DNA of 64,000 nucleotides from an uncultured delta proteobacterium (GTDB lineage Bacteria; Desulfobacterota; WTBG01; CAIYCZ01): contig CAWDOY010000053.1 of the NCBI GenBank assembly GCA_963803975.1, positions 1 to 64,000 of the forward strand, in the 5' to 3' direction. Shown here one piece after another: positions 1 through 11,646 of this stretch; position 1 is the stretch's first letter, and each line of letters starts with the position of its first letter. The notes beneath the pieces are model-generated. The model had not been told where the DNA came from. It did no database searches and saw only the letters and a program-made list of their open reading frames with translations. A program made the position numbers and the translations under genes.

Positions 1-81
1 ATATTAGTTAAGGAGTTGAGGAGTGGTGGAGTTTGTTACAGTACAACTATTCAACTCGCAACTCTTAAACTCCGCAATTCG

Positions 82-918
82 TTACATAATCGTTTTTTTA
101 GTGAGCGTGGTGAGTGCCTTCCACATTTCATCAGGAGCCGAGCAGGCAAGCAGCTTGTCCCGGGTCTCGGTTTCACGAAAGGTCTCCATGATCCCGGCAA
201 TGAGCTGCAGATAAAAGGCGCTGGCGGCAAAGGGAATGACAATAAAAAATATAATCCGCGTCAGCCGGTCCCTGGGCGCGCCAAACTTTATGCCCTGTTT
301 TTTCATTCCCAGAGAAAAGATCAGCCCGCCACCTTCAACACCACGCACATGGGGAAAAGCAAGCCCGTGCTCCACAGCAGTGGGGACGATTGCTTCCCGG
401 TTGAGTGCAGCTGAAAGCAGGCTCTCCGGATTCTCGATGAATCCCTCGCTGGCCATAATGCCGATCAGCTCTGAAAGCCCATCTTCACGGTTTTTTGCTT
501 CAAGATTGGGAATCATGAGCTGGCTTGATGAAAACCGGGCAATACCTGCGGTCGGCTTCTCGCTGGGCTTGGCGATCCGTTTCAGCTGGCGCGGAGAGCC
601 TTCCCTGGCATAGATAATGCGGGTGCAGCGGGGGCATTGCATAATTTCTTTGGTAACATGAACTTCATAGGCAAGAGATGTCGGCAGTGTTACGCCGCAG
701 CCTGAACAGCTGCCACCGGTTACCGGCACCACGGCTGTTGAGTACCGGGCATGAAGCGCCGCAAAAAGCTGTAAAAGGGGTCTGGGCAAGTTTTTCGACA
801 GAGCTTTGATAGAATCTTCAAGCTCTATCAGGAATGTGTCTGCAAGCAGTGCCTGCTGTTCGGCCAGGGTGAAATTGAGGTCCTGTAACTGGATTAACTG
901 GTTCAGTAATTTGTTCAT
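82..918 (-). CDS. C4-type zinc-ribbon domain fused to PTS EIIA (PtsN/fructose-type) domain
   Basis: AVVPV..CSGC...CPRC.RIIY zinc ribbon after a short helical N-terminus; C-terminal EIIA signature REAIVPTAVEHGLAFPH. Confidence 0.8.
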   Translation of the reverse strand: MNKLLNQLIQLQDLNFTLAEQQALLADTFLIELEDSIKALSKNLPRPLLQLFAALHARYSTAVVPVTGGSCSGCGVTLPTSLAYEVHVTKEIMQCPRCTRIIYAREGSPRQLKRIAKPSEKPTAGIARFSSSQLMIPNLEAKNREDGLSELIGIMASEGFIENPESLLSAALNREAIVPTAVEHGLAFPHVRGVEGGGLIFSLGMKKQGIKFGAPRDRLTRIIFFIVIPFAASAFYLQLIAGIMETFRETETRDKLLACSAPDEMWKALTTLTKKTIM

Positions 919-1030
919 GGCACTTTTTCTCCTTAACGGTTATGCAGCGAGGCGTAATATTTTCGTCTCTGTGTACCCCTCACTATTCAAAATAATGAAT
1001 ATGGAGAAAATTATCAAGATAAAACTCTTG

Positions 1031-1249
1031 CAGGACTTTCCCTAAAATTAAGGCATAGAAAACCGGCGCAGTTGAAGGTAAAAGAGGTGAAGAGGTGAAG
1101 AGGTGAAGAGGTGAAGAGGTTTAATCTTTTAGCCTTTACTGGGCACCCGCCTGCGCTAAAGCTACGGCGGGCAAGCGAGCCACTAATCCCGAGTTCCTCC
1201 CCCGTGCGCTCTGGTAATGCCAGCACTATAAATTTTGGGGAACGTCCTG
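1031..1249. mobile_element. MITE (non-autonomous IS derivative), 19-bp terminal inverted repeats, 10-bp target-site duplication
   Basis: Left end CAGGACTTTCCCTAAAATT (1031-1049); reverse complement of right end CAGGACGTTCCCCAAAATT (1231-1249), 17/19 identical; AAAACTCTTG directly flanks both sides (1021-1030, 1250-1259). Confidence 0.85.
1082..1120 (+). repeat. Tandem 8-mer (GAAGAGGT)n inside the MITE
   Basis: aagaggt gaagaggt gaagaggt gaagaggt gaagaggt. Confidence 0.9.
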
Positions 1250-1675
1250 AAAACTCTTGAACAATGTTGGAAGTGTTCTCATGGCGGGAATGATGAGGAA
1301 TGCTTAAAAAGAGAAGGAAACATAAAGCCGCCAACAGGTCTAATAGTTCCTGAAGGCGGCTTTATGGCCCCTGGGGGTTCCCCCCCCTCATCTATTTATT
1401 ACGGTATAATTACGATAAATTATGGAATGATTATCCGGGAGTTGGGGCCAAATGTCAATAACCCAAAAAGGTTAGTTTCCAGACTATTTTATATTAGTTT
1501 TTGAAATAAAATTTATTAGATGTGGTTAATGCAATTTTTATCGGGAAAAATATTTGACTGGGGTTATTGCTATTAAGAAAATTAAATAAAATATTTATAT
1601 TGTTCAATAAATAAACATACTTTATATTGATATCAAAAATATAATCAGCATCTATCAACAGGAGCTAAAACTATT

Positions 1676-2641
1676 ATGCAGTGCGCGCTGAAAACCATTC
1701 CCCTCCATTCCATATCCATCGAGGATAGAACATTTATTATCACCACGGACAGGAATAATAAATTGCTGCAGAATTCTATAGAACGGGTTGGCTTGTTATC
1801 CCCTCCCTATCTTTATTATAATAACAATGCGCAATATTATCAGATCGTATGCGGCTTGAGACGAATTCGAAGCGTGCATCACGGCCGGCTGGAAGGATAT
1901 CACCGCGCACATTATTGATCCGGGCAGTGATGAAAAGGAACTGTTGCTTCTCAGCCTTTATGACAACCTCTCACACCGGGTGCTCAATCCCGTAGAGCAG
2001 GCCCGGGCAGCGCTTAAGCTGCTTGCCTATGATGCTGGGGACACGGTTATCAGGGAGTACCTTCCCCTCATGGGACTGCCGCCGACAGAAAAAACCCTTA
2101 ACCATCTGCTCTGCGTGGCACGCCTTGACCCGGAGATTCAGGATGCCGTGGCGCAGGGCAGTCTTTGCGAAGCCGCGGCTGTAAAGCTTGCTTACCTCGA
2201 AGAAGGCGACCGGAAGGCTTTGTTCAGACTTTTTTCGCAGATACATTGCAGCGCCAGCAAACAGGAGGAAATCGTCTCGTATTGCATGGATATCAGCCTG
2301 CGGGAGGAAACCGGGTGCAGTACCATACTGCAGGAGCGCGAGATACAAACAATCATCGCGGAGGATAAGCTGCCCCTCTCCCAGAAGGGCGACCGCATAC
2401 GTGCTCACCTTCGCAAACGTCGCTTTCCCCGGCTTTCACAACGCGAGGAAAAGTTTTTGCAGCAGCGCAAAAACTTGCGCCTGCCAACGGGGGTGCAGCT
2501 GTTGCCGCCGCCATCTTTTGAAGGAGCAGATTCCGCTTCGAGATAGAATTTAACCATACCGGGGATTTGCAGCAGAAAGCCGAAGCGGTGATGAGCATGG
2601 CCAATAACCAGCTGCTTAAGGACATAGTGGAGAATAAGTGA
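1676..2641 (+). CDS. ParB/Srx-like N-terminal domain protein (frameshifted; ORFs 1676-1918 and 1944-2546 plus tail)
   Basis: SIERVGLLSPP...YQIVCGLRRI ParB-like motif; DNLSHRVLNPVEQA helix; final TGA overlaps next GTG start (GTGA). Confidence 0.75.
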
Positions 2642-3723
2642 CACCCTATATCCCGAAAAAAATCTTCATTGAAGACGCGGTAAAGGACCTGCCCCTGACG
2701 CGCAGGGTCCTCAGCCGCTGTTCATCTGTCCCAACAGAAATTATTCCCCGCGCCAAAGAGCTTATCCACGCAAGTAGTGGCAGGCTTCCGCGCACCGATG
2801 TGCTGCTGCTGTGCCGGAACAAGGGACGGTTTATCGAGCCCTGTCCCGGCACTTCATCATATCTCTGCTGCGGTTATACCATCCTGAATACCGGCACCGG
2901 CTGCCCGCTCGCCTGCTCCTACTGCGTGCTGCAGGCGTATCTTAACAATCCCTTCATTACCCTCTATGCAAATCTTGATGAGATGTGGGATGAGTTTGCG
3001 GCAAGCGGGTGCATGCTGCAGCAGGAGGCCATGCGCATCGGCACGGGAGAATATGGAGACAGCCTGGCTCTTGAGCACCTGACGGATTTTATTCCCTCAA
3101 TGCTTTCATTTCTCGGCAAGAAACGGAATGCGGTCCTGGAGCTTAAAACCAAAACCACGCATATCGAGCCGCTTCTTGGACGAGACCATGGCGGAAAGGT
3201 TATCGTGTCCTGGTCTCTGAACGCGGAAGAAATTGCACTAAGCGAAGAACACGGGGCAGCCCTGATTGCTGCCCGTATCCAGGCTGCCAGCCGCCTTGCA
3301 GCAGAGGGATACCGGATCGGCTTTCATTTTGACCCGCTCATCGCTTTCCCCGGGTGGGAGCAGGGATATAAGCGGACTGTCGACATGATAGCATCCCATG
3401 TCCCCGCCTCATCCATAGCCTGGGTGAGCCTTGGCGCGCTGCGCTATATGCCGCAGCTTAAAGCCATCAGCCGGCAGCGGTTCAGCGCAAGCAGGATTTT
3501 TACAGGAGAATTTGTGCCCGGTCTTGACGGCAAAATGCGCTACTTCCAGCCGATCCGGATTGAACTGTTTGCCCGGCTTGCGGCATTGCTAAGAGCGTAT
3601 TCGCCGGACATCTTCATCTACCTGTGCATGGAAAGTCCGGTGGTGTGGCAGCAGGCACTCGGGTTTGCGCCATCATCAAATGCTGAATTGAAAAGGATGC
3701 TGGATGAGAGGGTGAAGGAGTGA
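2638..3723 (+). CDS. Spore photoproduct lyase-like radical SAM protein
   Basis: CPLACSYCVLQAY CxxxCxxC; RIGTGEYGDSLALE, LELKTK, GFHFDP, DGKMRY, YLCME motifs of the SplB family. Confidence 0.85.
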   Translation: MTPYIPKKIFIEDAVKDLPLTRRVLSRCSSVPTEIIPRAKELIHASSGRLPRTDVLLLCRNKGRFIEPCPGTSSYLCCGYTILNTGTGCPLACSYCVLQAYLNNPFITLYANLDEMWDEFAASGCMLQQEAMRIGTGEYGDSLALEHLTDFIPSMLSFLGKKRNAVLELKTKTTHIEPLLGRDHGGKVIVSWSLNAEEIALSEEHGAALIAARIQAASRLAAEGYRIGFHFDPLIAFPGWEQGYKRTVDMIASHVPASSIAWVSLGALRYMPQLKAISRQRFSASRIFTGEFVPGLDGKMRYFQPIRIELFARLAALLRAYSPDIFIYLCMESPVVWQQALGFAPSSNAELKRMLDERVKE

Positions 3724-3761
3724 AAAGTAGAGAGTGAATAGATTCTTCGCCTTTTGTTACC

Positions 3762-3790
3762 TTGACAAGAAGACCACCTTTTCATATATT
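3762..3790 (+). promoter_or_regulatory. Sigma70-type promoter for msbA
   Basis: TTGACA-17 bp-TATATT ending 10 nt before the ATG at 3801. Confidence 0.55.
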
Positions 3791-3800
3791 CACTTAACCT

Positions 3801-5553
3801 ATGGACATCTACAAACGCCTCCTTGTTTTTGTCAAACCATATTGGACACGCATTGCCATTGCCGTTGTCTGCATGATTCTCCTGTCCGGGATCAACGCAC
3901 TCATTGCGTATATGGTAAAGCCGGCAATTGATGAGATATTTCTCAAAAAAGACAGCACCATGCTTGCCGTTATTCCCTTTGCCCTCATCCTTGCCTTCCT
4001 GCTTAAAGGCAGCTTTGATTATGGCCAGGAATACCTGATGGGATATGTGGGAAACCGCGTGGTGACCGACATACGGGATGCTCTGTACCGCCACACCCAG
4101 CACCTGTCGCTCGCCTTTTTTCATAAAATCACCACCGGCATGCTTATGTCCCGCATTGCCAATGACATCGGCGTCCTGCAGCGCTCGGTCTCAGATTCCA
4201 TTGCCAAGGTGATGATGAACTGCTTCCTCATCATCGGGCTCACCGGGGTCGCCTTTTACCAGAACTGGCGGCTGGCCTGCATCTGCTTTCTGATACTGCC
4301 CTGGGTAATGATTCCCATCACCCGCTTCGGGAAAAAGAGCAAACGCTACAGCCGCCGCAGCCAGGAAAAGATCGGCCACATCAGCACCTTTCTCACGGAA
4401 ACAATTTCCGGCAACAGGATTGTCAAAGCATTCTGCATGGAAAACTATGAAAATGCGCGCTTTGCCGACGAGAATAACCGGCTGTTCCGGATTAAGATCA
4501 AGACTCTGAAGGTGAGCGCCCTTTCATCGCCCGTTATACAGAGTGTCGGCGGTTTAATGGCGGCGGCAACAATTTATTATGGGGGTTCAGGAGTTATCAG
4601 CGGCGACATCACAACCGGCCAGTTTTTCTCCTTTATCGCAGCCCTGGGCATGCTCTATAAGCCGGTACAGTCCATGAACAAGGTTAACCAGCAGATACAG
4701 GAAGGTATGGCTGCGGCAGTACGGGTGTTTGCCATATTCGACACCGTGCCGGACATTGCCGATGCACCGGGGGCAACGCCCATGCCGCTGATACAGGAGG
4801 CACTTGAATTCAGAGCTGTCAGCTTCAGGTATGAAGAAAAGCCGGTGCTCAGGGATGTCAGCTTCAGGGTCAATGCCGGCAAGACGGTGGCCATAGTGGG
4901 TCCCAGCGGAGCCGGCAAAACCACCATTGCCAATTTAATCCTGCGCTTCTATGACGTTGTGAGCGGCGGCGTCTTTATTGACGGAGTAGATATACGAGAG
5001 CGCACCATCAAGTCTGTGCGTGACCAGATGGCGATTGTCACCCAGGATACCATTCTTTTTAACGATACGGTTTTGAATAATATTGCTTACGGGAGCCGCG
5101 ATAAATCAGAACAGCAGATTATTGCTGCAGCCAGGGCTGCTTTTGCTCATGATTTTATTGAACACCTGCCGCAGGGGTATCAGACCATTATCGGCGAGCA
5201 GGGGGCGCGCCTGTCCGGCGGGCAGCGGCAGAAGATAGCCATCGCCCGGGCGATACTGAAAGGCGCCCCGATACTGATCCTTGATGAGGCAACATCATCG
5301 CTTGACAGCCGCTCTGAGAAAGAATTACAGAAGGCTTTAGAGAACCTCATGCAGGGGAAAACCACCATTATGATTGCCCATCGCCTCTCTACGGTGCGCA
5401 ATGCAGCACCGCATCATCGTCATGTCCGACGGAACCATTGCGGAAGAGGGCTCTCATGAAGAACTCCTGCAGCATAAGGGCATCTACTATTCGATGTATA
5501 CCATTCAGAGCACCCCGCCGCAGAAAAAACTGAGCCTGGCGCATGCCGGGTAG
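3801..5553 (+). CDS. msbA: Lipid A export ABC transporter (permease/ATPase); frameshift near 5405
   Basis: TM domain plus GPSGAGKT, LSGGQRQ, ILDEATS; shifted frame continues HRIIVMSDGTIAEEGSHEELL to TAG at 5553. Confidence 0.85.
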
Positions 5554-5625
5554 AAAAACCGCTCTTGACAACAATTGGACAGACAGGCCGTTACTATAAA
5601 CTGAAAGCATTGTTGCCACGCTCAC

Positions 5626-6600
5626 ATGAAAAACAGAAAGGTAATTCAGCACAGGATGGAGCGTTTTGTCCGGGACACCCTCCTGCAAAAGCTTGGCTGG
5701 CCGCAGCACCGGTTCTCCCTTGAAGCAACAGAGCTTGGCGTCCATAACCATGTTTTCTTTCTGCACATCGAAGGAGCGCCAGCGCTGGTGGTTAAGGGTA
5801 TCGCCAAACAACAGCGCTTTAAAACGCTGGTAGCAGCAGCAGACCATCTTCTGCACCATGGCGTGCGTGTTCCCCGCATCCTGTACAGCCATGAAGATCG
5901 GGCTATTTTCCCCTGGCAGCGGCTGCATGTTATCTGCGAGGAGCGTATTACCGGTACCACAGCATTTGCAGCAGATTCTCCCGCTGCCCTGGTCCCTGCA
6001 ATCGCCGGCTTCTTTTCCCATCTGCACACGGTCAGGAGAGATTCGTGGGGTAATCTTTCCGAGCGCAACCGGGATGGCCTGCATGAATACCTGCTGGCAA
6101 AAACGCGCGGCCGGCTGCAACAGTGGAAAACCCTTGATGGTTCTCTTCCGCAGCGAGTGCCGGAGCGCTGTACGGCATGGATGAGCGGGAGAAAGACCGC
6201 TGTCAATAACATCACGTCTTTCAGCCTTTCCCACGGCGACCCCAATCCCGGCAATATCATGGTGCAGGAGGATGGCAGTATGTGCCTGCTTGATGTGGGG
6301 CATATACGCTACCTGCCGCGGGCGATCGATTATTATCAGCTGGTGGTGCACTTCTGCCGGGACAACGAAAAATTGCTGCGGCTTTTTGATGACCAATACT
6401 TTGCCGGCATGGCAGCCGGAGAGCGCGAGGAATTTGCAGCGTCGCAGCAATTCTTCAAGCTCTATGTGCTCATTGACTTTGGCCATAACCTTGCCCGCCG
6501 CCGTGCGGCAACAGATCCGAAGCATCCGTGGCATCAGGAATTTACCGACAATAGTAAAAAAGTGAGGCGGGCGATGGAGGAGATACTGGGAGGTACATAA
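5626..6600 (+). CDS. APH/choline kinase family phosphotransferase
   Basis: SHGDPNPGNI Brenner motif followed by LLDVG. Confidence 0.75.
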   Translation: MKNRKVIQHRMERFVRDTLLQKLGWPQHRFSLEATELGVHNHVFFLHIEGAPALVVKGIAKQQRFKTLVAAADHLLHHGVRVPRILYSHEDRAIFPWQRLHVICEERITGTTAFAADSPAALVPAIAGFFSHLHTVRRDSWGNLSERNRDGLHEYLLAKTRGRLQQWKTLDGSLPQRVPERCTAWMSGRKTAVNNITSFSLSHGDPNPGNIMVQEDGSMCLLDVGHIRYLPRAIDYYQLVVHFCRDNEKLLRLFDDQYFAGMAAGEREEFAASQQFFKLYVLIDFGHNLARRRAATDPKHPWHQEFTDNSKKVRRAMEEILGGT

Positions 6601-6671
6601 GCAGAAAAAGCTGACTCAGCATTCAGCCTTCAGCCTTGTTGATTTTTAAATTGAAGTCAAAAATAGAACAG

Positions 6672-7975
6672 ATGCGGAAAAGCAGAAGGATATACATATA
6701 AAAACTATCCGGGCCTGAGGCTTGTCGTCAGGGATGATCTGGTTTCTCTCTATTCAGAGCAAGAATGGCAGGACTTCTGTCGCAGCCTCTTTGAAAAAAC
6801 CGCTCCCGTGCACCTGCGCAAGCAGACGAGCGCCAAGGAAATTTTTACGCTGCGCCTGCCCCCGCAGGAACAGGGGATGAGCTGCCTGGTAAAAAAATAT
6901 AAAAGCAGGGGCCTTGCAAAAATTACAAAAAACTTTTTTCGCGGCTCCCGGGCTTTTCACGAATTTCATAGTGCCCGTGCCATAGACGAGCGGGGCATTC
7001 CTACCGCAGTGCCCCTGCTGGCTGCAGAACGGATGAAATGGGGCTGCGTTTATGAAAGCCTGCTGGTGCTGCCGTTTATCAGCGCTGCCTGCGAGCTGAA
7101 AGACTTTTTCCTTGATCCGCAGAACACCTGCAGCCGCGCATGTAGTGCGGCTGAGCGCCGGCATATCGTCTATTCCTTTGGCAGGCTTACGGCCAAAATC
7201 TTTCAGTCCGGCATCTACCAGAACGACTACAGCCTGAATAATTTTTTGATCAGGGCAGAGGAGGGCAGCCACACCATCTATTTCATCGACTTTGAACGTG
7301 CGGCCATTAAAAAACGGATTACAGCATTGGACCAGACAGAGCTTCTCGCAAAGCTGAACCGGGTGGGACCGGAGGTAACGGTAAAGGACCGCCTGCGTTT
7401 TCTCAGGGGCTATCTTGAGACCGCCGCTGTATCACATAAAAAGCTCTCGCCCTATGCCCGGGAGCTGCAGAACGCGACCCTTGCCATGATACAAGCGGGA
7501 CCTGCAGCGCGGCCGGCTTACCAGCATTTATACATCAGGCGCATATGAAAAATTCAGAACAGCGGGAATTCGGGGGATGCATAAAAGCGGCTATTGGCTG
7601 GAAGAAATCACAAAAAAACTCGCGGCGCTGCCCCGGGAGGTCAAACAGGCTGCGGTGACCATGAGCTGCGGCAGTGATGAGCGCAGCATGATCGTCGCGC
7701 GGATGGAACGCGGTAAAGCTGAGAGCATGTGGGCAGCAATCAATGCGCTGAAGCTCGCGGGGCTGCCGCTTGAGATGCCGCACATCTATGCAGAGACAGA
7801 GAAGAGCGGATTCCTGCTGCTGCAGATTCCTGAGGCAGGGATGTTCCCTGCGCCGGAGGCGATAAGCCGCAAGGCCGGTCCGGGGACGATGAAGGTTATC
7901 GAAGCTTATTTCCCGGAAGAGCTTAAAAAAATATTTTCCCTGTACCGGATGCTCAAGTCCCGACCGGAGAGTTAA
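6672..7975 (+). CDS. Lipopolysaccharide kinase (Kdo/WaaP/InaA family), frameshifted; 7577-7975 is probably its C-terminal part
   Basis: SRAFHEF, GIPTAVPL, YQNDYSLNNFL, IDFE, DRLRFLRGY motifs; located near msbA. Confidence 0.7.
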
Positions 7976-8014
7976 GAAAGCAGCCGCGCAGGCAGCAGTG
8001 TTACGTTACCCGTT

Positions 8015-10749
8015 TCAGCGGGAATTCGCAAAACTTAAAAAGCTCTCATCCTTCATTTCACGCCTCAATTTATTGATCCGCGCTTTCAGCCGGGCAGGGG
8101 ATGCCTGCTCAAGGTCAAAGAGAAAACAGCTTGCTTCATTGAGCAGAGACGAGGGTATTGATACTGATTTTGTGCTGAGGGACGAGAGCACAACGGGCAT
8201 GGCATTTTGCAGGAGCCTTACAGCGCGCGCCCGCAGCTGCGGGTTTTTCTTCAGCACCTTCCGTACGTCGCCTTCCGCCGCGTAGTAAAGAGCAGTCAGC
8301 CGGTTTCCCGGCAATGATTTTTTCAAAACCGCGTCTCTGAAGGCCCGCAGCACCGGGAGGTGTTTCCTGTTGGCGCTGTTTTTAAGAAGCTCTGTTGCAG
8401 CGCAGCCGCCGTCATCACCGGGACCCGTAGAAAGAATTATATCACGGGTAACCATTTCACCGGCATTGACCGTAATCCCGAAGAGCGTAGCGCTATTGTA
8501 GCCATCAGCTGCAATCTCGATATCATGCACACCGGCAGGCATCATTAATGAATAAAAGCCCTCGCTGCTGGCGCAGGAGCTTCCGCTGGAGGAAGACACT
8601 GCCGCGTTGTCGACCGTGCTCCCGGTATCTTGAGCAGTAATAGTACCGGAGAGCAAACCAGTGCCGGACGATGAGCACTTGAACATGCCGCTGGCAGTGC
8701 CCGCAAGAATAGTGGAAGAGGGAAGGTTCTGTAGCAGACCTTTTTGCTTAAAGCCGTCGGCAGCGCGCGCGGCAGCAGGCCCGCTGTTTACATCAAATAG
8801 TATATAGTCTGACAGCCCGGCACAGGTCCAGTAATTACCGCCGTCCAGGCTTACATAAATTCCATTCCGGTATAACGCTGCATAAACGATATCCTGATTT
8901 GCGGCGTCGATTTTTACACTGGTAACGGCAAATGCCGGCTTCCCCTCTTTTCCTCTCGGCAAACCCCTGGTTTTCTCCTCCCAGGTTATACCAGCGTCAG
9001 TACTTTTATAGATTCCCGTATAGCTGTTATTGCTGCCACCGCAGCCGATATAGAGGAGGTCAGGATTGGATGAAGAGATGGCAATACTGTTAACAATGAG
9101 CTGTTGAGACGAGGCAGGGCTAAAAGTTTTACCGCCGTCACTGCTTTTGTAAATATTCCCGGGAGCAACAGGAGCAAAGAAACTACCGGTGCCCGCAAAA
9201 ACAGTCTGCGGGTTTGCCGGATGGATCTTTACCGTATTGACGGGCACCGTGGTTTCCCAGAGCATGCTATACGTTGTGCCGCCGTCAGTGCTTTTTATGA
9301 CCTCACCTCTTTTACCTGAAGAGAAGGCAACGCCCGCACAGATTATATCCGGATTAGACTTTGAAATTGCTATGGAGCTGACTTTATGCCCGTCACTTTT
9401 ATCTGAGACATCGGTATAGGTCCAGGTAGCGCCATTGTCCGTACTTTTTCCCAGCGCCCAGTCGAATCCGGCAAAGAGGGTATTCCGTGTGCCGGGTGAA
9501 AGCTGACTGCATAGGCAATCGACTCATTGACCCGGGTCCATTGCGTGCCGCCTGTTTGCCGGTAAACACCGGACAGCGTTCCTGCAACAAGGGTAGCTGG
9601 CGCTCAACGGAGAGACATCAATGGCGAACACCTGGTTTGCTCTGATTCCTTCATTCCTGGGCTCCCAGGTTTGGGCTCCATCCGAGCTTTTAAATACCCC
9701 CCGATTCAGATCGCCGCCAAAGAGAATATCAGGATTGTCAGCGGGAGCAGCAAGGCAGAGGAACTCTCCCGGCCGGTCATAATAATTCCAGGAATCACCG
9801 CTGTCAGTACTTTTTGCCACGCTGTTCACCAGCCCGGCATAAATGGGGGTATGGATGAGCCCGGAGCTATACACAGGGCGCGACAGCCCGTTGTGTCAGT
9901 CACCCAGGACCATCCGGTGGCGGTATTGGTGCCGTCCTGTTTGCGCAGCACGCCATACCCGTCAGCAGAAAAAACAAGATTGGGTTCCGAGGGGTGCACG
10001 AGTATTTCATCAAGGAATGAAAAAGGATATACCTTACCGTCAGACCACTGACCCTTATTCCACGACCACCACTGGTTTCCGCCATCCATGGTCATGAAGA
10101 TTCTGCCTTCCGGTGAGAGGCCGGCCTTGCGTGATGTCGCCCATATTTCATCCGGCACGGCGGGATTGACATCGATATCCCAGATATTGAACGGCTGGTA
10201 TTCAAGCGGAAACGTGTTCTCCATTTTAAACCAGGTGTCGCCGCCATCGGTTGTTTTATAGAGGACTCCCAGTTCGTCAGTCCCGTTCGGCCCGCCCGTT
10301 CCCACGTACACGGTATCGCCGGTCACATCATGAGGATCAACCTTGACCGTGTAGCAGAACCTTCCTTCTTCGTTGGCGAAATAGAACGTTTTCCAGGTGA
10401 ACCCGTAATCAGAACTCACATCTACATAATGATTGTCGGCGACCCAGATTTTCTGCGGGTTATTGGGATCTATGTCAATGTCATATACTTCATAATTTCT
10501 GAACCACCCTGCATTCTTCGCCCCGATCAGCCAGCTTTCGCCGCCGTCTTCAGAGGCAAAGAAGCCGTCGCCGTTCCAGCTCCCGGCATACAGGTAGGTG
10601 CTGTCATAAGGATCGATGGCAATGCGGTAGATCTGGCCGCCATAGAGGCCGAGGTCATTCCACAGGGGAATTCCCTGTGCGTTTATATCAGGCATCGCGC
10701 ACGCGCAGAGCAGCACTGCGAGGATGAGTATCCATCGTAACTTTGTCAT
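8015..10749 (-). CDS. Secreted BNR/Asp-box beta-propeller protein with carboxypeptidase-regulatory-like and CFI-box-CTERM-like domains (several frameshifts)
   Basis: Signal peptide MTKLRWILILAVLLC; many (S/T)xDGGx(T/S)W Asp boxes across ORF pieces; C-terminal GCAATELL..LRAFRDAVL..G..LYY. Confidence 0.75.
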
Positions 10750-10791
10750 ACCCTGTTCCTCTTTCAGCAAACGCCGGGTTTAAAGAGGTTC

Positions 10792-11646
10792 TTATTGGGA
10801 GCCATAGCTGTGCAGCCCCGAGAGGAGAAAATTCACGCCGAGGAACGTGAACAGCACGGCAGCAAACCCGATGATTGAGAGTATCGCCGTCTTCCTCCCG
10901 TGCCAGCCGCGGGTCAGGCGGGCGTGGATAAATGCTGCATACATGAGCCAGGTGATGAGCGACCAGGTTTCCTTCGGGTCCCAGCTCCAGTAGCTCCCCC
11001 AGGCATAGTTTGCCCACACCGCGCCGGTGATGATGCCGATGGTCAGCAGCAGAAAGCCGATGGCTATGGTTTTATAGATAATGTCATCAAGAGATTCCAT
11101 GGACGGAAAGAGCTCGGACATATCCGCACCTGCGGGGACTTTTTCTTTAGCCTTTTTATACTTGACGAGATAGGTGATGCTTGAGCCAAAAGAGATGGCA
11201 AATGCAGAGTAGGAAAGAAAACAGGTCATCACATGGTAGGTGAGCCAGTTGCTTTGCAGCGCCGGCATCAGCGGCTCGATTTCATCCTGAATGTTGGGAG
11301 AAAGCGAGGCGTAGGCCATGGCAATGGAGATCAGGGGAAAGATAAACACTCCGAGCGCCTTGCTCTTGTAGCGATATTCCACGATAAGGTAAATAATAAC
11401 CGTTGTCCAGGAAAGGGACATAAGTGATTCATACAGATTTGAAAGAGGAATGTGGCCGTGTCCCAGCTGATATGATTCGTACCAGCGCATGCCCAGGGCG
11501 ACGGTGTGGACGACAAGGCCAAAAATGGCGATACCGGTAATTACCTGGCCAAATTTCCTGTTTCTGAAGAACAGGTAGGTGAAATAGGATACCATGCAGA
11601 TGAGATAGGTAAACGTAACAATGCCTAACAGCTTTGAACTGATCAT
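10792..11646 (-). CDS. ccsA: System II cytochrome c biogenesis protein CcsA/ResC (CcsB in some nomenclature)
   Basis: WWD motif GAVWANYAWGSYWSWDPKETWSLITW; LQSNWLTYH; GLHSY. Confidence 0.95.
   Translation of the reverse strand: MISSKLLGIVTFTYLICMVSYFTYLFFRNRKFGQVITGIAIFGLVVHTVALGMRWYESYQLGHGHIPLSNLYESLMSLSWTTVIIYLIVEYRYKSKALGVFIFPLISIAMAYASLSPNIQDEIEPLMPALQSNWLTYHVMTCFLSYSAFAISFGSSITYLVKYKKAKEKVPAGADMSELFPSMESLDDIIYKTIAIGFLLLTIGIITGAVWANYAWGSYWSWDPKETWSLITWLMYAAFIHARLTRGWHGRKTAILSIIGFAAVLFTFLGVNFLLSGLHSYGSQ

Noticed and set aside
1082..1120. CRISPR array or contingency repeat
   Set aside because: 8-mer tandem without spacers, no cas genes in the window, located inside a MITE
5389..6534. Long antisense ORFs (also 19403-20125, 29722-30753, 45864-46577)
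   Set aside because: Shadow frames opposite well-supported genes, with no recognisable motifs
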